Source: Zootoca vivipara (Eukaryota). From it: DNA of 64,000 nucleotides. The position numbers and the translations under genes were made by a program. The notes below the pieces were generated by a model, which worked only from the letters and a program-made list of their open reading frames with translations, searched no databases and was not told the origin of the DNA. Location: contig NC_083279.1 of NCBI RefSeq assembly GCF_963506605.1, positions 5,084,001-5,148,000 of the forward strand. Direction: 5' to 3'. Position 1 is the stretch's first letter, and every line of letters starts with the position of its first letter. This document shows, piece after piece, positions 53,200 to 64,000 of the stretch.

Positions 53200-53500
53200 G
53201 TGTTCCTGGAAACCTTGAAATTATTAGTTGTGGGGATATTTCATTCTTTTTTAATGTTTTCATTTATGTGTATGTTTCTTTTAAAGTGTTGTGTTGCGAT
53301 TCTTTCTTTTGCTGTGTTTTAATAGATTTGTTTTTATATTGTTTCAATTCTGTTATAGTTTATTTACCATTTATTATGTTCTATATCCTGTTAGTACTAC
53401 GTGTTTCATTCATTTTTGTTTTCATTTTTGTGAGCTGCCTTGAGTCCCAGCTCTGGGAGAAAGGTGAGATAAAAACAAAACAAAGCAAAGCAAATAAGTA
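53200..53500 (+). mobile_element. L2 3' tail remnant
   Basis: T-rich tract ending tgtgagctgccttgag...gaaaggtgagataaaaac. Confidence 0.6.
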
Positions 53501-53867
53501 ATATTGTTTGGCACCTGGGCTCATTTAAGAGGAAGAGCAAGGTATCCGTTTAATAAATAAAATAATAAGTAAAATAAAGAAGCAGGGGCAGAGGGAGGCG
53601 AGGAGAATGGTCTGCTTTTGCTTTAGGGCTCACCCACACTTTTGTTTGCCTCACACTTTCTCCTGGGAAAACCAACCGTTTAGGGCTGAATCAGAACAAA
53701 CGGCAATCACTTTTCCTGTGGACTGCCATATCAAGCCCGTTTGTGTGCCTTGGTTGTGCGCCTGCAACCAAGGAGTACCTGATTCAATGGACCACATTCT
53801 CTTAGGTTACATAGTAAACCTTGTCAACTGATGCTGAGCAAAATGTTGGACCTCCGGCCCACAACTC

Positions 53868-54581
53868 TTGACGTCAAATGAGGTTTCTCCTGGCAGATAT
53901 CACTGTTTTAGTAGCTTCTTCTTTAGCCACAATTTTACCCGAAAGGGTTTCCAACGAACCATCCTTTCGGGGAACGGACAGGGCGAAGCAGAATATCTAA
54001 GTGCACACGATCACAGTGTGACCTTATGACCCTCAACAGCTTTGCCTTTGTCCTTTTAATTATCCCAGTGACCTGAAATGTTTTCTACTGTGATGCCAAT
54101 GCAGTGTAACCTCAGGTTACGTACTGTCCTCCTTACGAATGCTTTGGGTAATGAGCTCCGCTAACCCAGAAGTAGGTGTTCCTGGTAGTGAACTTTGCCC
54201 CAGGACGTGCGCAGAAGTCACGCGCCGGTGGCAGCAGGAGACCCCATTAGCGAAACCGCGCCTCAGGTTAAGAACGGTTTCGGGTTAAGAACAGTCCTCC
54301 GGAACGAATTACGTTTGTAACCAGAGGTACCACTGTAAAGGTATTTGATCTGATTTGATTTGACTGCCATTCGTTCCAATTTAATGCTAAAGAGCAGGTT
54401 TTCACATGCACCCCAATGGATAACCTCGAGTGTTCATGAACACTAAACTTGCTTCATCATCTTTTTTTACCTGCATATAAACTGTGTATTCACCAACAAT
54501 GTGAGTGAAGGTGATTAGTTAGGGGGGGAAGTGCTTTGTTTCTATGTGAATTCATATTTTCTTGAGGCAGCAGTGACGTCA
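53868..54581. promoter_or_regulatory. Candidate enhancer: two full CRE sites and a DR2 nuclear-receptor element
   Basis: TGACGTCA at 53869 and 54574; TGACCTtaTGACCC at 54019-54032; locally elevated CpG. Confidence 0.3.
54102..54335. mobile_element. Tigger-like MITE
   Basis: cagtgtaacctcaggttac / gtaaccagaggtaccactg|ta TIRs. Confidence 0.8.
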
Positions 54582-55234
54582 GCTCTCTTTTGTAGACAGA
54601 AAAGGACAATACTACACAGGTTTCTTTGACTGCAAGAGATTGATTTCTGAGCCCTGTACTTTGTGTTAAATCATTTTTATGAACAAGGAGGCAAAAAGCT
54701 GCTAGTCATTTAGATTAAATCAGATGATTGAAGGCCTTTGGACTTTAAAACTAGTTGTGAAATATGTGAATGTCTGTGCCCAATTTGATGAGGCTCGGCT
54801 CACTGTGTTCAGAGAGACTCAACTGACTACGTAGACTGGCACAAGGGAAATATTCATGTGGCAATGCAGTGTCGAGATATGCTGCCACTGTGAATCAACC
54901 CAGCATTTTGCTGGGCAACACCAGTGTGGATTGGTCTTATTACATGAATAACAACCACTGTTTCTAGGGTGCCCAACCCTACCCTCAGTTTTTTGGGAAG
55001 TCTTTATCACCAGCATCCTGGTCTTTCGCTTCTTTATTCATGAGATAGCAATGGTAGTGGGAAGAATTTCAGAGGAATGTTCCAGCATGCTGCAGTGCTT
55101 AACTTTAGTAATATCAGGAAGCGGCCAAGGTGTTCTTCCTTTAAACAAGTAAACGTGATCCTTGCATGGCTCTGCAGCGTCACCAGCTGCCCAAACTTAG
55201 TATAATATATTCCTCAATGTCCTAAATTCTTACA

Positions 55235-55425
55235 GGCCCATGGGCAGCTGGAAAAGGCATCTTCTTCACTGCCTTCAGAGCAGGGTGAAGACTTTCCACA
55301 CTTTAAACTTTAATAAAGTTAATCATGCTCTTTTCAGGTACTCCAAAGGCAGCCTCTGTGGTTGCTCAAGGTTATCCTTTGGGGGGGGGTGTCTTTAAGG
55401 AAGAACTCCATACCTCTCTCACATA
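55235..55425 (+). repeat. ~190-bp direct repeat, copy 1 (unclassified)
   Basis: Collinear with 57893-58097, from ggcccatgggcag to catacctctctcacata. Confidence 0.85.
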
Positions 55426-57892
55426 CTTCAAATGTAGTCTCCCCAGCTGCCCAGAGGTCCTTCCAACACCCCACACCATTTATCCACCTTTCCAAGTTTT
55501 CAATTAATGATTGCTTTTTGCCACTCACCTCCATCAAAGTAAACAAAAAAAAAAAAACCTTGTGTGCCTATAGGACCATTTGCACATGTTTGTAGTCACT
55601 CCCTGAAAAACATCTTGCTTGGGATCATAGGATGTGTTGTGCCTGGGGTGTCACAGAATGATCCGCAAAGGCTCGCTCACCTAAACAATTCAACATCAGT
55701 TTCTGAAGTGGATGATACACATATTGGTGTTGCAGAAAACCTTTTTGTGGTACAGAACTGGATGGGGAAAGAATTGAGTAGGACGATGGTGGGACAGCAC
55801 TTTGACCAATGCAGACTGAGCAAACTTGCATCCCTCTGGATCTTTCTTTCGAAGGGGAAGGAGGGTCTCTTCAATTCAACACAGTAACTGAATCCTCCTC
55901 CCCCAATGCTGGAATTCTTATCACAAGGGCCTGGGTCTGCTGCCATTTGAAGAAGAGCTTTAGAGGGCCACTGGCCCTCCTTCACCCCATTACATTGCCT
56001 CTCATGTTGATGGGCAATTAAGTAACAAAACTGCTTATAATGGGACTGCAATTATCTATGGATGACAACTCCAGAGCTGGTCACTGTATGTGTACAAGTT
56101 TGCTCACCACTTGCGATTTAGTGCCAGCATGTTCCTGCAAATGTTTTGCCAGGATCGCTAATAACATGTGAAGGAAACATGCACATTTTGATCTAGCCCA
56201 TTTTGTGCATTTCTCATGCTGCCTCTGACCTGCTTTTCCTACTCTCTACACTCAGCTGTTTGTTGGTTAATCTCACCTTTATTCAGCTTCTGCTTCTTTC
56301 TTCCCATGGCTTGTTTGAAGATGAGCTTTTTGATTCATTGGATTATGGAGGCTGCGAAGCATGCACATATGTTTGAATAGAAGATGGTCCACCTTAGCTA
56401 TTGCCCTCTCCAAGTTCAAGAAATCACAGCTTGCCTCCTAAAGATTCCTTTAACTACAGCATGCGAGAGCAGATTGGAAAATCAAATGCACTGCAGCTAA
56501 TGTTTCCGTTTTAACAAGCCCTTCTCTTTGAGACCCACTTTCAGTAGAATATATGAGTTACTGGCTTTTTCAGTCTATTTTTTCCCCTCAGCAATAGAAT
56601 TTGTTCTGTCTTTTCTACCACCTTTTCAAATGGAAGACTTTTTCCCCCTTCTAAAAGAGCATCATTTTCAGCAGAGCTGCACACCCAAACGATAGATGTG
56701 AGATAGGAAGGAGGGGGGAGAAAGCTATTAGATGTATTCACTTTTCCTGTTGCTGCAGGATTGCTTCTTACAATGCATTTTATAGTGCTTTGTTCAGTCT
56801 GGTTTTTATGTATCTCAGATAACAAGCTTCCATCACTTTTCTCAGCTGTTAGAGAAGAAAGCCCAAGCCATGCGACACTTCAGCACAAACGCTTCCCCAT
56901 TTCTTTGAAAGGCTCTTTTCTCCATTCCCCTGAAACTCCTTGAATGACACCCAGATTCACAGAAATTACAATTAGTTTATATTATTGCATAACGATCTAT
57001 AGCCAAATGCAGGCGCCACCCACATCGCCATCAGAGTTCCACTAAGGCAACTCCCATTCAATTTCCAGCCTTGTACATCTCAAGCCAAACACGACATTAA
57101 GGGACCAATGTAATGTAGATGAAGCTGGCGTAAAGCAAGCTGGTATAAATTAAGACAACATAAAGTTACACCAGAAACAAAACCTCATTCTGCAGGAGAG
57201 CTGCTGCTACTGTGCCCAAGCCTAGCAAAGGGGAAACAACCCTTTAATATAGTTTCACGCTGGGTTGACAGGTCACATGACCTAGCGGAATGGGCTTAGG
57301 GACAGCCTGCCACCCATCTCTGGGCTCACCCCACCAGAAGGGCCCTTTGGGGGAACTTACACCAGCTTCAGCCAAGCCATGGCTGAGCAAGTTATACCAG
57401 TGTATCTTTGGCTGAGAAAGGATTGGAAACTTACTGTAATCTGAGCCAGCTAAACTGGAGATCTGTATCCAGCTGTATCTCATCCTGACACATCTTGTCA
57501 TATGATTGCCCGCTAAATGCGTGATTGCAGTGGTTTATCTTTATTTATTTTTTAACATATAGAGCAACCACTAAGGAACCCGGTCTGGATCAGGACCCTG
57601 TAAAATTGGGGATTGGATCAACCCTCCCCATGTCATTTTTGCTGGTGGAAATATATTAACCCACTTCCCATTCCCCAAACCCTGCTATTTGTCCCACATT
57701 TTAGGTACAGATACCTATATCCAGTCAAGTCAATTTAAAGGCAGTTAAACAACATTCACTAAATCGTCAATAAAATGGCAGAGCTTAAAACTCCATTAAC
57801 TCCATTAAAATCAACTAGAATATATAGAAAGCCTATGGGAAGAGGAAACAAGAAGGTTTAAACCAGTGCCTAAACAAATAAGTTGTTGGAAG

Positions 57893-58097
57893 GGCCCATG
57901 GGCAGATGGAAAAGCCATCTTCTTCACTGCCTTCAGAGCTCTTCAGAGCAGGGTGGAGACTTTTCACTTTCTTTAAACTTTTAAACAGATAATCATGCTC
58001 TTTTCAGGTGGTCCAAAGGTAGCTAGCCTTCGAGGTTGCTCAAGGTTATACTTTGGGGAAATGTCTTTAAGGAAGAACTGCATACCTCTCTCACATA
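57893..58097 (+). repeat. ~200-bp direct repeat, copy 2 (unclassified)
   Basis: Collinear with 55235-55425; has an extra tandem cttcagagc. Confidence 0.85.
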
Positions 58098-58293
58098 AAC
58101 CAGTTCAGTCTCTTTGGAAAGAAAGTTCCACAATCATGGTATTGCAACAGATAATGAAGTGCTGGGTATTTTTATATTCCACAGATTCTTTTGTATGCCA
58201 GAATAAAATTAGAATCCAGGAAAAGCTTTCTATAGGAAAAAGTAAGCCATTTTTTACTCTTCATTGTTCTGCCCAGTCCCCATGGGCCTAACT

Positions 58294-58429
58294 CAGGCAT
58301 CCCCAGACTTCGGCCCTCCAGATGTTTTGGACTACAATTCCCATCATCCCTGACCACTGGTCCTGTTAGCTAGGGATCATGGGAGTTGTAGGCCAAAACA
58401 TCTGGAGGGCCGCAGTTTGGGGATGCCTG
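58294..58429. mobile_element. hAT-family MITE (URR1-like), complete
   Basis: TIRs caggcatcccc / ggggatgcctg; 8-bp TSD gcctaact at 58286-58293 and 58430-58437. Confidence 0.92.
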
Positions 58430-58667
58430 GCCTAACTTGTGCAATTTCCAGGTTCTCCTTTTGTTCACCTCATATGACTAACTTGTTCCACAGTTAGTTA
58501 CTGTGTACTAAAGAGGTGATAAACAACATCATACTCACACTTACTTGTATCCTTATAATCCCTTTCCCTTCTATAAATGGTTCACATTGATGCTGATGGC
58601 AGCTTGTAGTAAATGTAACTGATTTATTACAGCAAATAATCAGCCAATATTTACACCGCAATATTTC

Positions 58668-59345
58668 CTAGAATCATAGAATTGTAGAGTTGGAAGGGAC
58701 CCTGATGGTCATCTAGCCCAACCCCTTCCAGTGGCAGACTTGAGTACTATGGTGCCTCATGTGAGGTCAAAATGTGCCCCCCAACAACCGTCATGCTGCC
58801 TTCTGAAATGCCTTTCAGATAAGCAGGGGCCCGGCTTTGGGAAGGAGGTGCAAGGGCTCTGGCAAGGTAATAGAGCCCTCCCACTTCTTTCCCAAAGCTA
58901 GGAAAGTGCTAACTAGGTTTTGGGAAGAAGGATGGTTGAATCTAGGACCCTGTCAAAGCCGTCATGCCTCGCTTACTGGGCTTTGAGATGGCACCCCTGG
59001 GCTCTGCACCCAGTGTTTGCACACCATTTACACAACCTTAAATCAACCCCTGCCCTTGCAAGGATCCACGACAGATGGACATCCAACCTCTGCTTCAAAA
59101 CCTCCAAGGAAGGAGAGTCTACCATCTTCTGAAGCAGTCTGCTCTTACAGACAGAAAGTTCTTCCTGATGTTTAGTTGGAATCTCCTTTCTTGTAACTTG
59201 AAGACATTTGTCCATCTTCCATGCCACAGCCCTTTAGGTATTTGAAGACAGCTATCATATCTCCTCTCTTTTCTAGGCTAAACACGCCCAACTCCCTCAA
59301 TTGTTCCCCATAAGGCATAGTTTCCAGACTCTTGATCATCTCCAA
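58668..59345 (-). mobile_element. CR1 3' end, split by a MITE-like insertion (~58728-59051)
   Basis: EMIKSLETMPYGEQLRELGVFSLEKRGDMIAVFKYLKG and SPSLEVLKQRLD; (attctatg) tail at ~58668-58690. Confidence 0.85.
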
Positions 59346-62300
59346 GTTCATGCTGTTCAATGTCACTTTAACCGTCAAGATATCCATCTTGGGACTTGTA
59401 GGCTGGTAGCCAGCTCACTGTGCAACAGGCCTTCCCCTTTCTGTCCCCTTCCTGCCCCTCAAGCCTGTGGAGCAAGTTTTTAGGGTGGGAGGGGAGCTGC
59501 AGAGAAGGAGAAAGTTGTGTTGCCCAAGTGGAAGCCTTTTGTGCAGGCAGAACGGCAGCATTAGATAATACAACCTAATATAGTTTTTAGTTTGAAATGC
59601 TGAAAATTCCCAGCTGGAAATCAGAACACAGAAACACACAACTGAATTACAGCCATCAGGATTTGTCGGTCAGAGGAAACGGCCTGAACCTCCCTGAAAG
59701 TTGTGTGAGAGAAAGAAGAATCCTAGTCTTGAGACCTCATTGTCTTTCTTGCATGAGAGGTATTCCTTTTTCTTCTTCTTTATTTCATTTTTCCATTTCA
59801 TTTTGCCTTCAAGGCATTATGTAGAGTTCAAATAGCATGTGCTGCATGCCGATTGAATGTTTGTGAGTTGGGGAGGCGGAAGCTTTCTGCAGGAAACATT
59901 TAACTCGAAAACAGTATTGTCATTTCTTATACGCGTTAGCTTGGTATTATGCTTCTGGTAAACAGTTTTAGAATTACTTTTGAAGGTACTTGAATGAATG
60001 CCTTAGCACAGTTTAAATTATTTACCAACTTTAAATAATATGTATGACAGAGAATAGTGAACAACTAGCAAATCAATAGCAAAGCAAGTTATAAATTTAG
60101 TGTGGCGCACAAAACACATCAACCCAAAAATGTATAAATGGAAGTTCTAGGCTAGAAACACGAAGCTCAAAAGCAGAACTAACCATATCACCCCAAAGTG
60201 ATTATGATTGGCATTGGAGCAGAAACCCACTAGATCTAATGGGAAATATTAATTTGCAGAAGTGGTGTTTGTTTTGAGCTAGTACTAACTCTCCTTTCGT
60301 ATGTAAGGCTGTCTTTCACGGCTAGGTTAGTGCCTTTCAGAATTAACACACACTATTATGTACTGCTGCTGATTATTCCAAGTTGAATTTGCAAGCATTC
60401 ACTTTGGTCTTTTCATCTCTTCACATCTCCTAAGCAGGATGACATCCCGCTCTAACAGTGTCTCCCTGAGGTAAAAGCCCCAAGAAGGTCAGGAGAAAAA
60501 CAAAGCATGTTAGCCTAAACGAAAATGAAGATAGGGAATTAAGGAATCTCTTTCTTTAAAAACAACAGCCTTGCAGCTTAAGCTGTAACAGACATGAAAG
60601 AGCAAGCGAACAAGATGTTCACCTATGTATTTACGAAGAGAAGAATCACTTTCTTTCCAAAGGGATTATTTATTACAGTCCCAGAAACTGCCGTGATGCA
60701 CTGACTTGCTTGACACGGTTATAGAAAATCAATGGGATTCAATCTGAGAAAGTTGTGTTGCATACATTCAAACCTGACAGATGCATAAATCAGTATTTCA
60801 GGCTTTTTCTTCTTTTTCTTTTTGAAAACCATCAACTCTAAATAAAACTAGATTCAATTGTATACTTCCCCCCCTCCTTCCTTTAAGGCTGAGGTTGTGA
60901 CTGATATTTCATTTTTCTTCAGAAAGGCCTCTATTACCAATTGGCATTCAGCTGCCCTGTATGGCTGAGTGATGAAAGATCTTTCTCTCTTTATATATAT
61001 TTATATATAAATCTGATTAGGGAACCTGTCTTCAAAGCATTTTCACTTGTTCAGATTTCTCTGTTTTAGAGGACACTGAGGTGAAAACTTCTTCTAGAGC
61101 AACTGCACAGTTACAGACATTCCTTCACCTATGGGTAAACTCAATTCCCTCAGATAGCCTTTGCCCTTTCATCTGGCAAAATACTATCTTGTCATTTCAG
61201 TATTTTCTTTGTACTGTTATGGTAGCAGAGAGAAGTACCACAAATATGATGCTATTTTAAGCTTAACCGTATACTTAAGCCCATAGACACACAGTCTGAT
61301 ATTAGTATTTTCCAACTAACACTGACCACAATTGCTGCCATCTTATACATAATGCTAAATTGGCGCTATGTCAGCATATTCCTTGCTTTTACTACTGCTT
61401 CCCCAATTTTATGATTGGCCATTTGACATGATTACAGTGGGTAGTTCAATGTCAATAGCTCTCACTGTACCAGATGAGATTGTGTGACATATCTAATCAA
61501 GGGTATGTGCTTGAATGCTGATATTTTTTTAATACTGACACAAATAAATATCAAGAGCAAACACAATGACATGTTTAGACCTTAAAAACTAATTCAAGTA
61601 TTGTACATGGATAAACATGTACAAATATATGCATAAATATTTTTGTAAACGAAGCTTGCGTAGAACTTTCACAGTCAGATGAGATATGTGAAATCTTAAT
61701 GTGACATATATCCTCAAGGGATCTGAACTGACCAGGAATGAGAATTTGGGTTCATAGCGAACATCTCAATGAAGATGCCAACCAAGCGAGCAGAAGTTTT
61801 GAAAAAGGCAAAAGCCATGCTAGTGTCACAGTTTAAATGCACCTTGTGATTTGAGTAAATTTGGTAGCGCTAATAAGCAGAAGAACTAGAGACAATTTAT
61901 GAATTTGGCAACCTACTGAGTTAACGTTTGTTAGACACATTTATACTTACCATATAATGCTTTTAAAGCATTTTATAACATGTATCTGACCTCTCTATTC
62001 TATTCTATTCTATTCTATCCTTTACTTCTTCTTTTTAAAGAGTAGTAAAGAAAGCTGTGTTTTTAACTCAGTTAACCTGAAAACCTGTGATCTTTGCGGA
62101 GCAAAATGTATCAACTTTAATCAGAAATAGTCCAAGCCTTAGTGACTTCCTGGGTGGGTGTGAATGGGTTTTGCTTACAGGGAGGCTAAGAGGTAAAGAA
62201 GCAGGTTTAGTCTTGCTAGCAAATTAGAAAAATTTGCAATGTTGGCCATCTGGATTTCTTTTATTATAAACTTTGGGCCTATGGAAATGCACGTTGTCCC

Positions 62301-62559
62301 CATGCTGAGAGCAATATTGAGACCATTCAAACTAGATCTTGGAATAGAAAAATGCTGTTTTCATATTCAATTTGGCTTTCTGGATTCTATGGGAAAGAAC
62401 TTTTGTTTCCCAGAATATGTGACTATAAATTTTTTTCCTCTCAATACCAATTGGGAGAAGGCAACCCAGGACAGAAAAGCCAGAGGTGGGGGGAAACGAA
62501 GAGGAACAAATGGAACAAGAAGACCAGGAGGAAGAAGCCAATTGGGGAATTGATTACAA

Positions 62560-63290
62560 TTCAGAGAAGACTTTAATAGCAGAAATCCAAGGCAGCAACA
62601 TGCAACTTCAGGCCTCTCTTTTTCCAATTTTTGCCTGGCACAGACAGACATTTGATTGTTTTCACCTGGCCACAGAGCTCCATGAGGAAGAAGGAATAGT
62701 TTAAGCAAATTCACTCATTAATGCCATGCAGAAAGACGCCTGCAACATTCATAAATTTTCTACTATTGCTGTAGAGGGCCCAAAATACGGCTACAATACT
62801 GTTCTGACCATGTTTTGATGTCCCAGTGGCCCATTTTGACATCCCAAAAGGTCTGCTGCTGCTTATCAAGAGCCCAGAAACTGTAGAAACTGATGGGTCA
62901 TTTGTTAGGGCCAAGTATGCACAGGCTGAACACTGAATTTGCTGTTAAAAAAGAGGAGCACTTGAGAATAGATCAGTGCTTAGAATTCCAGACAAAGGGC
63001 TGAATGAAAGAGCACAGCTAACAGAGGACTTAACCGTTCACAAAGTCATACAGATGACGGTGCAAACTGTGTTGATCGGAACACAGATTAGGGAGCAAAG
63101 GCAATTTGGGGATGACCTCTACTCTGCAAAACACAAGAAGCAGTTTCAGCAGCCATTTTGGAAAGAGCGAAATCACTCTTCATGTGTCTGTAAAAGCAGA
63201 ACAAAAGAAAGCTCCAGGGAAAAAAAGCAATTTAAAAAGCACTCTGCAGCAAAAAGGCCTTTAGAGAAATGCACACATAATACCTGAAAG
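62560..63290 (+). mobile_element. Gypsy/Ty3 gag fossil
   Basis: FHLATELHEEEG, NSLINAM, SFVRAKYAQAEH*, and VLRIPDKGLNERAQLTEDLTVHKVIQM resemble Gypsy gag (RDRLVIGI.DK.L...LQL..DLTL..AI); multiple stops and frameshifts. Confidence 0.65.
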
Positions 63291-63294
63291 CCTT

Positions 63295-63497
63295 TGTGGT
63301 ATGGGTGTTTGAACAGGACCTGGGAGACCAGGGTTCAAATCCCTATTCAGCCATAAAGCTCTGGGTGATACTGAGCCCGTCACCTTCTATCAGCCCAACC
63401 TACCTCATGGGTTGCTGAGAGAATAAATTGAGGGAGCGAATGTATGGCATCTTCAGCTCCCTGGAGGAAAGACGGGTTATAAATGTAATAATAAATA
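63295..63497 (+). mobile_element. tRNA-derived CORE/MIR-like squamate SINE with L2-type tail
   Basis: B box ggttcaaatcc; cctacctcatgggttgctgaga core; gggttataaatgtaataataaat tail. Confidence 0.8.
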
Positions 63498-64000
63498 TTT
63501 GTAAATAACAAATATCAAGCTGACCTTCCGGGACTCTGCCTAAATAATTACGTTATATTGACAGTGACGGTACTATTCTGCTTGAGTTATTCAGAAGCCT
63601 TGGAGGATATTAGAGACTTCCAGTGGAAACAGGAGTGGACATTGCTGGTGTTTACTTATTTGTTTCATGGACAGGATAGAAATCCATCCAAAGAATATGA
63701 GCATTATTCATTGTTGTACGCAACAATATGTACGCAACTGATGATTCCCCACAACTTTTTCCGTTGCATTTCCTTTGCAATGAGTGGTTTGGAATAGCAT
63801 AATAATAGCAATTCCAACACAGGAGTTTTACATACATTCTCTCAGAAGCCAAACTGCAGTGAAATGAAAACGGTGTTGCATGTGACAAACTTGGGTCAGA
63901 ACAGAAATCAAGGCCTTCTTCCTTCTGTAGAAGCCTTTGAGATTTAGCGATGAAGGAATTACCACGCGATGTTTCCACAGTGGTCATTAATTTAATTGTT

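Noticed and set aside
55564-56051. Overlapping 107-aa and 124-aa ORFs
   Set aside because: No recognisable domain or codon bias; not callable as CDS.
57361-57411. 51-nt minus-strand exon-like segment
   Set aside because: Splice-like sites only; translation not recognisable.

Overview
This is vertebrate, AT-rich, CpG-depleted, repeat-dense DNA from a squamate, most likely a lacertid lizard. The evidence is Sauria/POM-type SINEs, BovB, CR1, L2, L1, RTE, RTE-X-like LINEs and hAT/Tigger MITEs. I found no host protein-coding gene, RNA gene or CRISPR array, so the window looks intergenic or deep-intronic. The recognisable ORFs come from transposons: CR1 RT C-terminus, BovB, L1, L2, an RTE-X-type zinc finger, a pogo/Fot1-like DDE transposase and a Gypsy gag relic. 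The most informative structure is a local DNA-capture event. About 283 bp of unique flank plus the 5' part of the BovB at 44.65-45.06 kb was copied 15,630 bp away into the middle of another TSD-bounded BovB (28.78-29.67 kb), giving a mosaic element. TSDs, diagnostic SNPs and junction scars give the direction of copying. Other items worth checking: two related ~800-bp TSD-less solo terminal repeats (Ngaro/DIRS-like), a Fot1-like transposon, an unexplained ~190-bp direct-repeat pair, and a CpG-enriched stretch with two CRE sites and a DR2 element. Family names rest on motif recognition, not database searches.
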